Positions 1 to 8,482 of a stretch of 64,000 nt of DNA are shown here, piece after piece. Where the stretch lies: positions 3,246-67,245 of the forward strand of contig DATICB010000001.1 of assembly GCA_035457005.1 (NCBI GenBank), written 5' to 3'. How positions within the stretch are numbered: the first letter of the stretch is position 1; each line of letters starts with the position of its first letter. The DNA is from Patescibacteria group bacterium. Its GTDB lineage: Bacteria > Patescibacteriota > Microgenomatia > Levybacterales > UBA12049. The position numbers and the translations under genes are program-made. The notes below the pieces were generated by a model, which saw only the letters and a program-made list of their open reading frames with translations, searched no databases and was not told where the DNA came from.

Positions 1-1
1 A

Positions 2-679
2 CTTACTTTTTTTGAAGTGGATAAGAGAAATGTGTCATATCAAAGAAATTTTGGTGCAAAAAAAGGAAAAGGCCAATATTTTGTGTTTCTTGATGCAGAC
101 ACCAGAATTCCGAAAGATTTTACCTATCAATTGCAGCATGCATGCTTCCAGAGAAAGTTTCAGCTTGTTTTGCCAACCATTGCGTGGGACGACAAAAGTA
201 GAAAAGGAAAAATCCTTATGTCTATTGTGAAATCCTTTATTCGCGCATCACAAGTGTACGGGAGGCCACTCGCAACAGGCGGCAATTTTGCAATAGAGAG
301 ACATTTATTTGAAAAGATTGGCGGATTTAATGAAAAAGTATTTATTTCTGAAGACCATGACATAATCAGGCGTGCATACGAAGCAGGAGTTAAGGCAAAA
401 ATAGTCAAAAATGTGAAAGCCATGTTGTCGCTTCGACGATCGGAAGTCGAGGGTGATATGATGCTTATTTACAAACATGTTGTCGGATTTTTGGCATACA
501 CAGTTGCACCCAGTGAAAAAGCGTTGCAGAAAAAATTATTTGAATACGAAATGGGAGGCCAACGATATTTGGAAAAAGGACCTAGAAAAAGTGGTTCAAA
601 GAAAAATATTGAGTATTTGCGACAGCTTCTTCAGTTAAGTAGTATTTTGGTGATTCTTCGGTATTTCCAACGCTTCTAG
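2..679 (+). CDS. Glycosyltransferase family 2, 5'-truncated by window edge
   Basis: QRNFGA...FVFLDAD (DxD), GGFNE...SEDHD motifs; frame open to the window start. Confidence 0.85.
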   Translation, partial: LTFFEVDKRNVSYQRNFGAKKGKGQYFVFLDADTRIPKDFTYQLQHACFQRKFQLVLPTIAWDDKSRKGKILMSIVKSFIRASQVYGRPLATGGNFAIERHLFEKIGGFNEKVFISEDHDIIRRAYEAGVKAKIVKNVKAMLSLRRSEVEGDMMLIYKHVVGFLAYTVAPSEKALQKKLFEYEMGGQRYLEKGPRKSGSKKNIEYLRQLLQLSSILVILRYFQRF

Positions 680-810
680 GCGTAAGCTTCGAATTTTGAT
701 ACAATATGCATGCTTGCAATAAATTGCAGCATTAGGCATGCTTGCTGCATAAGAATCGGCCTCCGCCGATGCTACTGTAAGAATGCCTAACGGCAAAGCA
801 GTAAGTAAGT

Positions 811-886
811 GGCACGATGGTGAAGTGGTTAACACAGCTGTTTGCAAAACAGCCATGCGCCGGTCCGAATCCGACTCGTGCCTCCA
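811..886 (+). tRNA. tRNA-Cys (GCA)
   Basis: Acceptor GGCACGA/TCGTGCC, anticodon arm GCTGT-TTGCAAA-ACAGC, discriminator T, encoded CCA. Confidence 0.93.
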
Positions 887-888
887 AA

Positions 889-965
889 TGTCATCCTGAA
901 CATAGCGAAGGATCTAATCAAAATCAATAGATTCTTCGTTCTTCATTGAAGAACTCAGAATGACA
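889..965. repeat. Palindromic repeat family B (TGTCATCCTGA...GAAGGATCT / AGATTCTTCG...CTCAGAATGACA)
   Basis: Terminal inverted repeat; related copies at 19400, 34741 and 40575. Confidence 0.85.
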
Positions 966-983
966 AGCAGTGGAACTATTTTT

Positions 984-1442
984 ATGGAAGGAAGATCACC
1001 AGAAATTTTGTCTCAGAAAACAGAAGCAACAGATCAGGGATTTAGTGAAAAAAGGGCTGCAAGAATTACCGAGGGAAAACAAGCAGATAATTCACAATTA
1101 TCCAAAAGAAAACATTTGCCCGAACCCAAACAAAAGCCTGTCAGGACAAGTAGAACCGATAACGGGCAAGTAAAGCCACTCAAAAGGGCTGCACGAGTAG
1201 AGCCGTCTCTTAAAGAAAAACTTCTTGCTGCCTATAGTGATAATGCAAAGGCAATAGGAGAGATGGCTACAAGCCTTACTGTTCTGTCAACATCTTCAGT
1301 TGAGGCAGCAGCAGAATTGATGACGGCAATGCGGACAAAACAAAAACTGCAGGAGCAGCTTCTTAATGCGTTGGAGGCAGAAAGTAAAGGTGAGTTGACA
1401 GAAGACACTCTTCCCAAAGAGCTACAAGATTTGATAAAATAG
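984..1442 (+). CDS. Hypothetical protein, helical C-terminus
   Basis: 152-aa ORF; the upstream ATG at 960 lies inside the repeat. Confidence 0.6.
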   Translation: MEGRSPEILSQKTEATDQGFSEKRAARITEGKQADNSQLSKRKHLPEPKQKPVRTSRTDNGQVKPLKRAARVEPSLKEKLLAAYSDNAKAIGEMATSLTVLSTSSVEAAAELMTAMRTKQKLQEQLLNALEAESKGELTEDTLPKELQDLIK

Positions 1443-1449
1443 GGTTTAG

Positions 1450-1508
1450 CAGTGCTTAGGGCATAGGGCAAAGAAAAAAATCTTAGCTCTTCGCGCTAAG
1501 CTCTTTGC
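1450..1508. repeat. Inverted heptamer array (TAGGGCA-like units facing AGCTCTT-like units) with no gene inside
   Basis: Same unit type as the flanks of the four-helix-bundle gene at 25093. Confidence 0.55.
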
Positions 1509-1515
1509 ATCAAAA

Positions 1516-1562
1516 GGGTAGCTAGTTCAGCGGCAGAACGGTCGCCTGAGGCGACAGGTGCA
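1516..1562 (+). pseudogene. 5' part of a split tRNA-like gene
   Basis: GGGTAGC acceptor strand, D-arm GTTC-AGCGGCA-GAAC, arm GTCGC-CTGAG-GCGAC; breaks off at the start of the T-arm. Confidence 0.75.
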
Positions 1563-1578
1563 ATAATATATAAACAGT

Positions 1579-1821
1579 ATGTTCTCTGTTTATGTATTGA
1601 AAAGCTTAGCAAACGGTAGGTTATACACAGGTTCTACAAATAATGTAGAAAGACGACTAAGAGAACATAATGCAGGACAAACAAAATATACACGATCAAC
1701 AAGGCCATTCGTGTTAATCTACCAAGAGGTCTATGACACAAAGGTAGAAGCAATTAGAAGAGAAAGATTTTTAAAAACAGGAAAAGGAAGGGAATTATTA
1801 AAACAGATTTTGGGCATTTAG
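1579..1821 (+). CDS. Small stand-alone GIY-YIG nuclease
   Basis: VYVL...LYTGST...RRLREHN...A.RRE.FLK pattern, 80 aa; stop codon lies inside tRNA-Ile. Confidence 0.92.
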   Translation: MFSVYVLKSLANGRLYTGSTNNVERRLREHNAGQTKYTRSTRPFVLIYQEVYDTKVEAIRRERFLKTGKGRELLKQILGI

Positions 1822-1886
1822 TTCAGCGGTAGAACGCTTCTCTGATAAAGAAGAGGTGGATGGTCCGACTCCATCAGTGCCCACCA
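1812..1886 (+). tRNA. tRNA-Ile (GAT)
   Basis: Acceptor GGGCATT/AGTGCCC, anticodon arm CTTCT-CTGATAA-AGAAG, T-arm GATGG/CCATC, encoded CCA. Confidence 0.93.
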
Positions 1887-1942
1887 GCGGTAGAACGGTC
1901 GCCTGAGGCGACAGGTGCATGGTCCGACTCCATGGCTACCCA
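1885..1942 (+). pseudogene. 3' part of the split tRNA-like gene
   Basis: Repeats 1528-1562, then T-arm CATGG-TCCGACT-CCATG and GCTACCC-A, complementary to GGGTAGC at 1516. Confidence 0.75.
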
Positions 1943-1950
1943 CAGGAAAA

Positions 1951-2190
1951 TTATAGTGATCCACTGCGAGAAATTCGCCTATCACAACCTTTACACTTAC
2001 GACTTCCTCCACGGGTAATGCCACCAGGAGTATCTAATCTATTAAGTTCACATGGTGCCTGTGAGTCACCTGACCCTGTTGCTGGATCGACAACAACACG
2101 ATCATAAATTCCTGTTTTTGGATTTCTTGTTGTGGTTGCTAGTCCTTGTTCTGGTGGCAATCCTCTTATTGGACAATCTGGTGTGGACAT
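1951..2190 (-). CDS. 4-Cys microprotein, paralogue 3
   Basis: MxxxDC, SGDSQAPC and CKGCDR motifs shared with neighbours. Confidence 0.7.
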   Translation of the reverse strand: MSTPDCPIRGLPPEQGLATTTRNPKTGIYDRVVVDPATGSGDSQAPCELNRLDTPGGITRGGSRKCKGCDRRISRSGSL

Positions 2191-2218
2191 AAAATAAGTA
2201 ACTTTAAAAATAAAAAAA

Positions 2219-2428
2219 TCAATTCCTTGGTCTTACTGATCTTCTGCATGCAGCACACTGTGGTGGTGTAGGTCCACCTCTTTGCATTTGCTCTATTGCG
2301 CAAGGTGCGCTTGGGTCTGGAGATGCATGTGGTGGTCTTGGTCCAAGAGTTGCTCGTTGTCCTCCTGCAGTCACGTCAAGTGTTCTATTATCTCCTGCTT
2401 GTGGTGCTGGACATTCGCTATAAGACAT
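2219..2428 (-). CDS. 4-Cys microprotein, paralogue 2
   Basis: MSYSEC, SPDPSAPC, CAACRR; TATAAT 7 nt upstream of the ATG. Confidence 0.7.
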   Translation of the reverse strand: MSYSECPAPQAGDNRTLDVTAGGQRATLGPRPPHASPDPSAPCAIEQMQRGGPTPPQCAACRRSVRPRN

Positions 2429-2476
2429 AGAAGGTATTATATGGTGGTAATTGAAAATTGGCAAGAGGGAATTATG

Positions 2477-2728
2477 TTAGTTGGTATCAATTGGCATAGT
2501 TGTTGTCGTAATTTCTCTGTGGCAGCGACGACATGACGAAGATCTTGTTCCTGTGGGAGTATCTGCAGCTGGAATAGGAATCTCTGTTGCTCTGCAAGGA
2601 GCAGATAGATCTGGACTGCCAGATGGAGAAGTCCAACGAACTCTTGTTCGTTTTTGTGGTCCAACAATGTCTAATTGCCTTACGCCTAGTCTCTCAATCT
2701 GATCTATCCCACAGTCCTGTCTTGGCAT
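2477..2728 (-). CDS. 4-Cys microprotein, paralogue 1
   Basis: MPRQDC, SPDLSAPC, CRRCHR. Confidence 0.7.
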   Translation of the reverse strand: MPRQDCGIDQIERLGVRQLDIVGPQKRTRVRWTSPSGSPDLSAPCRATEIPIPAADTPTGTRSSSCRRCHREITTTTMPIDTN

Positions 2729-2735
2729 AGTGATT

Positions 2736-3098
2736 TTATTTTACTTCGTTAAATTTCCCATCCAAGAGGATGTAAAAAAGGTCAACTTTTAAATGTGGAT
2801 ATTTTGCCAAAATAGTTTTTTTGGCTTTTAGTAAATCTTCTGCATGGCGCTCAGGTGTAGATTCTGCACCATATGCACCACAATTTTCATGATGCATCAG
2901 GACAACTTGTTTAATGTCATGAAGTTTAACACAAAGATCTATTTGCTTCATGACTGTGTCAAGCTCTTTTGACCCGCCTGCATAGCCGACATAATCAAAT
3001 GTTTTGTCACCAAAATTGTCATCCAACCATTTTCTAATAAATTTTTGAAATCTAAAGTCAATGCAGCTAACGACCAATGCATCACATGTGTGTGCCAT
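2736..3098 (-). CDS. Beta-carbonic-anhydrase-like protein
   Basis: SCIDFR and HENCGAY zinc-ligand motifs. Confidence 0.8.
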   Translation of the reverse strand: MAHTCDALVVSCIDFRFQKFIRKWLDDNFGDKTFDYVGYAGGSKELDTVMKQIDLCVKLHDIKQVVLMHHENCGAYGAESTPERHAEDLLKAKKTILAKYPHLKVDLFYILLDGKFNEVK

Positions 3099-3202
3099 AG
3101 GGAATTATTATACGCCTGATTTTTTTGTTTGACAAGAATTTTGTCAGGATTTGGTTTTGTACATTTCAAGCACTTGACAGGAAAACGTGAGAGTATGGTA
3201 GT

Positions 3203-3511
3203 ATGATGATACTCATGCAGGGGAGTCTCCACACAAGTACCAAAGAATGTCTACAAAAAGATTTCCAAACTGTTGCCCGTCAAGTTGCTCGTAAACGGAA
3301 AAGACCTGTATCTTATTTAGCTTTTGCAAAGCGTACCACACATGGGTACGCTTTTTTTGAATCTATCCAGGAAGAGGTATGGGACATGCTTCATAAAATT
3401 GCAAAAACAGTACACAGTCTTCATCCGGAATATGAATTTTCATTGGTTGCTGATGTCTGTTCGGATATGGCAAACAGCATTGATTTTTCTCCAATATCAT
3501 CAGAAATATAG
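3203..3511 (+). CDS. Hypothetical protein
   Basis: 102-aa ORF behind TTGACA...AGTATG promoter-like sequence. Confidence 0.5.
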   Translation: MMILMQGSLHTSTKECLQKDFQTVARQVARKRKRPVSYLAFAKRTTHGYAFFESIQEEVWDMLHKIAKTVHSLHPEYEFSLVADVCSDMANSIDFSPISSEI

Positions 3512-3529
3512 TCTTGCTATAATACTTCC

Positions 3530-4279
3530 ATGTTGGTCAAGGCATATAAAACAAGAAAAGTTGTGTCAGGAGACGACTTGTTTACTATTCTGAAAGAAAG
3601 TCTGCCGAAAGAATTGCCAGAAAAATCCATAGTGGCAATTTCATCGAAAATTATTGCACTGTGCGAAAGTAGGATTGCTAATCCTCAGGATATGGGCAGA
3701 GACGAATTAGCAGAAAAAGAAGCAGAGTATTATTTGCCTCGAGAAACAAATCCTTTTGGCGTTATGGTAACAATAAAAAATAATGTCATGGTTGCATCGG
3801 CAGGAATTGATCAATCGAATGCACATGGCATGTATGTTTTGTGGCCAGAAAATGTGCAGGCTTCTGCCAATAGCATCCGTCAGCAGATAGCAAAGAGCAA
3901 AGGGCTAAGAGATATAGGAGTGATTGTGACAGATAGTAGATTGTCGCCACTTCGATGGGGAGTAACTGGTGTTTGTTTGTCGCATAGCGGTTTTGAGGCA
4001 ATAAGAAGCTATATTGGCAAGCCCGATGTGTTTGGTAGACTACTTCAAGTAGAAACAGTCAATGATGCAGACAGCATTGCTGCGGCAGCAGTAAGTGTGA
4101 TGGGGGAAGGGTCCGAGCAAACACCACTCGCGATTGTTTCGGACATTCCTTATATTGTTTTTACCGACAAAAATCCAACTCCCAAAGAATCACTCGTCAG
4201 CATGATTGATATGAATCATGAGGTGTTTACGCCTCTTCTTACCGCAGCCCCTTGGAAAAAAGGAAAGGGAGGAAGATAA
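3530..4279 (+). CDS. CofE-like gamma-glutamyl ligase (putative folate polyglutamylation)
   Basis: SSKIIA, ASAGIDQSN, DSRLSPLRWG, MGEGSEQTP motifs. Confidence 0.85.
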   Translation: MLVKAYKTRKVVSGDDLFTILKESLPKELPEKSIVAISSKIIALCESRIANPQDMGRDELAEKEAEYYLPRETNPFGVMVTIKNNVMVASAGIDQSNAHGMYVLWPENVQASANSIRQQIAKSKGLRDIGVIVTDSRLSPLRWGVTGVCLSHSGFEAIRSYIGKPDVFGRLLQVETVNDADSIAAAAVSVMGEGSEQTPLAIVSDIPYIVFTDKNPTPKESLVSMIDMNHEVFTPLLTAAPWKKGKGGR

Positions 4280-4288
4280 TCCTTTATT

Positions 4289-4894
4289 TTACTGGGCGGA
4301 GGGTGTGCCAACTGTGGGCGTTGTGGATGGTGTTATGGTTATTGTATAGTCTGTTGTTTTTTTCAAAACTGATTCTATAATTCTATCTGCAGTCACCGCT
4401 GTTTTGGGTAAAAAGCTTATGGTTGTTGTTCCGGAAAATGTTGGGCTAACAGTATAGAAAAGGAGTGCAACAGTGCCTGTTCCTTTTTTGCCGGGCAAAT
4501 CAATTTGCTCAGTGAGTGCGTAAGAAATTCTGCCGCCAATTGTATCGATTGTATTAATCAAAGGACTCGGCTGCTGAAAAAAATCGCCGGGAGTAATAGT
4601 GACATTGGTCAGTGCTTGCGGGTCGTAGGCAAACTCGAGTTGTACTGAGTTGACGACATTGTCACCAGTGTCTATATGGACAGCAAGCGTTTGTTGGGTA
4701 AGTTGGGACGAGCTAGACGCATTTGCTGGGGTAATAGTAAGAGTGGTATGTGCATTAACCGATACTGGGGTTGGTGTTGGTTGTTGCGCTGGTGTTTGTT
4801 TTTTCTGATAAGGCGTTGAGACAAGTGCAAGATACAAAAGACCACAGGTGAGAAGAAAGAGAAAAAGAATTAACGCGAGCGTTTTTTTACTCAT
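4289..4894 (-). CDS. Membrane-anchored cohesin-like protein
   Basis: N-terminal TM, PT linker, VQLEFAYDPQAL...PGDFF...GTGTVA beta-sandwich pattern. Confidence 0.75.
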   Translation of the reverse strand: MSKKTLALILFLFLLTCGLLYLALVSTPYQKKQTPAQQPTPTPVSVNAHTTLTITPANASSSSQLTQQTLAVHIDTGDNVVNSVQLEFAYDPQALTNVTITPGDFFQQPSPLINTIDTIGGRISYALTEQIDLPGKKGTGTVALLFYTVSPTFSGTTTISFLPKTAVTADRIIESVLKKTTDYTITITPSTTPTVGTPSAQ

Positions 4895-4942
4895 AGCTGA
4901 TCTTTCTAGACTACACTAGTTTGTCTTTTTTGACAAGCAAAA

Positions 4943-7243
4943 TTAGTCTCCCGTGCATTTATTATTTGTTTGACCGCATGCGGTTACCAAGCTTCTCACC
5001 CATAAATTATAATTGAATGACCACTCATCGCCGGTTGTTCCTCCGTCTGGATAATCAAAGAAGTTCATAACATCGCCACAGGTAAATGTAATCGTCTGAT
5101 TTCCTGACACCATAGATTGTGGTGTTGTTGGATTTTGATTGCGACACGTTCGCAAAATATTGTAATCAAGTCCATTAATAACGTCATCTTGTCCCAAATT
5201 GCCTGTCCTGCCATCGACAATATCTCCCGGCAGAGGATAGACAGTAACGGTATTGGCAACACCAGAAGTAAGGGATATTTTTTCACCTTTACTACTGCTT
5301 TTACGTGCAAAGGCTTTGAGGAATTGAGGCACGCCAATATACACACGAAATTCTTTGGCAGTGGTGTAGGGAAGGACGCCAACATTAATAGGACTACTCA
5401 CAAACAGTCCAGTTGAGGAGTTATACGTGAGCGTTGTAGTTGTCCTGGTAGACGCATTGCCGCTTTGGTCAAAAATAACCACTCCTACATTGTTGCGGGT
5501 CTGATGGGCTGGATTTTTATTCTCAAAGTCCCCTGTCCCAATTCCTGGTAATTTGACATTTAGGGTAACTGTTGTTGTTTTACAAACAGTTGTTGGGATG
5601 TAGGTAGTTGGGCTGCTGTATGGACCGGTACAGGTATTGGTTTGTACTTTGTACGCTGCACCAAAGTTTTTTGCATTACTGTCATAACAACTTGTTCCCA
5701 AACTTCTGCTTGCTTTTAAGGATGAAGAAACAGTAAAAGCAGTACTTGTTGAGGAAGTGTTGCACTCATTGTATTCATCTTTCCCACTGACATCTCTGTG
5801 GAACCACCAATCAAGAATGTATTTGGTTGCACCACTTTTTGCCTTCACATTTGCCTTCACCCCAGCAAGTGTTGTCCCCGAGCAAACAGGGGAGAGGACA
5901 AGATCTGATTGTGCCGGCTTATCAGTACAGACATTAGGAGTATTTGATGTAAGCTGTTGTTGTTTTGGGTCGGCTTTGGTTGGGTCGTAGGGAGCACAGC
6001 AGGTATAATTTGATCCTTTAGCACATTTATAGGTAGGGTCTGCCTTTGTCCCTGCTTGGCAGGATGTTTGACACGCATCTGCGGTCTTGTATACTGTCTC
6101 ACAAGATGGCGCTGGAGCTGGTGTTGAGGTGGGAGCTTTGAGAGTTGGGTTTTGGGAGGCCACATAGCAACATTTTATATTCACACCGACACTTGCCATA
6201 CAGCCACTACTATTAGTGATTTCATGTGAACCACTCACCCCTAAATCTTGTTGAACCATCGTGCTACAGGGAATGGGTTGTATATTTGGACAGGTACCTG
6301 CTATTTGTGTAGCTATGTTAAATGGATCGAAGTATGGAGAACAAAAATTGACCATTACTGGGGACCATTGGTGAGAATAGGCACTTCCAGTAAATACGGC
6401 AGGGTAGTAACAGATGCCTTTCTCTGTTGCGCCATTTACAGTTCCACTACAAGAGTTTGCACCAGATGGAAGAGGCGCAGCTGTTGGGGTAGGGGTGATG
6501 GTAGGCTTGCCAGGGATACAACATTTTGCCACTGGAGTTCCTGGCAACGAGGTACTACAGGCACTTTCATTCACCGAAGATTCTGCTGCACCACTTGTGT
6601 TAGTCAAAGCGTCACATGAGGGGAGTGCTGTAGAATTGTTTGCTTTTGTTGCTACGTTTTTAGGGTTATTTGTATAGGTAGAGCCATAATTATTATGATA
6701 ATAACAAAGTCCATTATTTGTTGGTCCACAAGATTTTGCTGCATAAACTGTCCCATCAGACCCAGTTACTGGTACAGATTTTGGAGTAGGAGCGGCTTTG
6801 GGAGCAGTGTAGCCACATTTCCCATCTTGGTAATGACAGTTTGCTTTTGTTGTATAGGTACTGCATGTATTGCCACTAACATCACATATTTGCTGTCCTA
6901 CACATTGGCTATACTGCGTGTAATTATGGCAGTCTCTTTTTGCAAGGCAGCAAATATTACCAGATTTAGTAGGACATTCAGTGGTTTTAGCAGTGTAAAT
7001 ATCTGCACAATTCTCTGCAGATGTACAGAACGCTCCAGTTGCAACAGTTGAACATGTAACGGTGGTTGTACTTCCACCACCACCTTCAACCATGGCATGT
7101 TGTTGGGTGTTGGTTTGTTGGGGCAAGACTTGGACAGTCACAATAGTCCCGACAATCAAAATAAGGACAAGAAGGACTCCAAGGGTTCGGGAGTGAGTGG
7201 GAGAAAAAAGAAAGTTTTTTAGCTGTTGTAATTTTTCTTTCAT
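4943..7243 (-). CDS. Large Cys-rich surface protein with C-terminal dockerin-like motif
   Basis: N-terminal TM; repeated CYY...KCC modules; PT linkers; PGDI...DDVINGLDYNIL. Confidence 0.75.
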   Translation of the reverse strand: MKEKLQQLKNFLFSPTHSRTLGVLLVLILIVGTIVTVQVLPQQTNTQQHAMVEGGGGSTTTVTCSTVATGAFCTSAENCADIYTAKTTECPTKSGNICCLAKRDCHNYTQYSQCVGQQICDVSGNTCSTYTTKANCHYQDGKCGYTAPKAAPTPKSVPVTGSDGTVYAAKSCGPTNNGLCYYHNNYGSTYTNNPKNVATKANNSTALPSCDALTNTSGAAESSVNESACSTSLPGTPVAKCCIPGKPTITPTPTAAPLPSGANSCSGTVNGATEKGICYYPAVFTGSAYSHQWSPVMVNFCSPYFDPFNIATQIAGTCPNIQPIPCSTMVQQDLGVSGSHEITNSSGCMASVGVNIKCCYVASQNPTLKAPTSTPAPAPSCETVYKTADACQTSCQAGTKADPTYKCAKGSNYTCCAPYDPTKADPKQQQLTSNTPNVCTDKPAQSDLVLSPVCSGTTLAGVKANVKAKSGATKYILDWWFHRDVSGKDEYNECNTSSTSTAFTVSSSLKASRSLGTSCYDSNAKNFGAAYKVQTNTCTGPYSSPTTYIPTTVCKTTTVTLNVKLPGIGTGDFENKNPAHQTRNNVGVVIFDQSGNASTRTTTTLTYNSSTGLFVSSPINVGVLPYTTAKEFRVYIGVPQFLKAFARKSSSKGEKISLTSGVANTVTVYPLPGDIVDGRTGNLGQDDVINGLDYNILRTCRNQNPTTPQSMVSGNQTITFTCGDVMNFFDYPDGGTTGDEWSFNYNLWVRSLVTACGQTNNKCTGD

Positions 7244-7250
7244 CGCTATT

Positions 7251-7331
7251 CGTCATTGCGAGAAGTTCTTTTTAAGAACGACGCGGCAATCTCATACCAA
7301 AAAAGATTGCTTCACTACGTTCGCAATGACG
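7251..7331. repeat. Palindromic repeat family A (GTCATTGCGA...GCAATC / GATTGC...TCGCAATGAC), intergenic
   Basis: Perfect terminal inverted repeat; several copies in the window. Confidence 0.9.
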
Positions 7332-7407
7332 TAGGACACGCCTTCATTTAGCATAAGAAAGTTTTCAGGGTATAGCAAGAGGCATTTGCAGTACTGTTGT
7401 CCTTGAT

Positions 7408-7445
7408 TTCCCTCGCCCTTGCGGGAGAGGATAGGGTGAGGGGAA
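7408..7445. repeat. REP-like element CCCTCGCCCTTGCGGGAGAGGATAGGGTGAGGGG
   Basis: GC-rich hairpin in an AT-rich intergenic region. Confidence 0.55.
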
Positions 7446-7503
7446 AGTAGTAGGGATGAGGTTATATTGACACCCAAGAGCGTCTCAGTGCTATACTGAG
7501 GGT

Positions 7504-7845
7504 ATGCAAAAGAATAAGGTGACGCCAGTTACATTGGATGCAATAGAACAGCTTTTGGAACGAAAGCTGCAAGAAGGATTGCAAGAGCAGAATAAAGAAC
7601 TCCGGAAAGTTATTCAAGAAGAAATAGAATTTTCTGAAGCAAGAACGGATATAAAGCTGGTGAAAATGGAGCAGAGAATTGATGACAACGCAAAGAAGTA
7701 TAGAGATGATGTGTTAACCAGAATGGACGAAACAATGGGAGAGCTGGAAACGATTCGTCAAGAACAACTTCTCACAGGAAATCAGGTAACAGCTCATGAA
7801 GAGAGAATTGCCAAATTGGAAAAGCTTCAAGGCGTTACCTCATAA
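7504..7845 (+). CDS. Coiled-coil hypothetical protein
   Basis: 113-aa heptad-rich ORF; TTGACA 7467 and TATACT 7492 upstream. Confidence 0.7.
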   Translation: MQKNKVTPVTLDAIEQLLERKLQEGLQEQNKELRKVIQEEIEFSEARTDIKLVKMEQRIDDNAKKYRDDVLTRMDETMGELETIRQEQLLTGNQVTAHEERIAKLEKLQGVTS

Positions 7846-7911
7846 GAACTGCATAAGATGGATCTACTTTGTCATCTTTTAAAAAACAAAAGTTAATGTT
7901 AGACTTTCTCT

Positions 7912-8481
7912 GTGATTCTTTCTGACAGAGACATTAAAAAAGCCCTTCAAGAAAAAAGAATTGTCATTACCCCAAAGCCTGATTTAGCAATACAGCTGGG
8001 GAGTTGTTCGGTTGATCTGCGTTTGGGCAATGCGTTTCGCGTATTTGATCATTCGCGTTTTCCTTTTATTGATCCGTCGAAAAAAGATTTTAGTAACGAA
8101 ATAACCAAAGAAGTTGTTGTAAAAGATGGGACAAATTTTATTATGCAGCCAGGGGATTTTGTTTTGGCAGTATGTCTTGAGAATGTAAAAATTCCAGCAG
8201 ATTTAATGGGGCGGTTGGAGGGACGTTCATCCCTTGGCCGTTTGGGATTGGTTGTCCATTCAACAGCATCTACTTTTGATGCCGGGTGGGATGGGAAGCC
8301 TGTTTTGGAATTGGGGAATTTGGGAAGAATGGCAATTTCTCTGACTCCTGGCATGCGTATTTGTGCCATGACATTTGAGCAGCTGAGTAGTCCTGCAGAG
8401 ACGCCCTACACGAATAAAAAATTTGCAAAATATAAATTTCAACAAAAGCCGGAAGAAAGCAAAATCCACGAGGAAAGATAA
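7912..8481 (+). CDS. dcd: dCTP deaminase
   Basis: MILSD, SVDLRLG, GRSSLGRLG, DAGWDG...LELGN. Confidence 0.93.
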   Translation: MILSDRDIKKALQEKRIVITPKPDLAIQLGSCSVDLRLGNAFRVFDHSRFPFIDPSKKDFSNEITKEVVVKDGTNFIMQPGDFVLAVCLENVKIPADLMGRLEGRSSLGRLGLVVHSTASTFDAGWDGKPVLELGNLGRMAISLTPGMRICAMTFEQLSSPAETPYTNKKFAKYKFQQKPEESKIHEER

Positions 8482-8482
8482 G

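Noticed and set aside
1516-1942. Functional tRNA-Leu(GAG), tRNA-Ser(TGA) or suppressor tRNA with an intron
   Set aside because: Anticodon loop is 5 nt, there is no long variable arm, and the halves overlap as a direct repeat rather than abutting splice sites
7292-7477. Short ORFs at 7292, 34181, 34326 and 41946 containing VIAxxxxKQS-like peptides
   Set aside because: They are translations of intergenic family A repeats with no independent coding evidence
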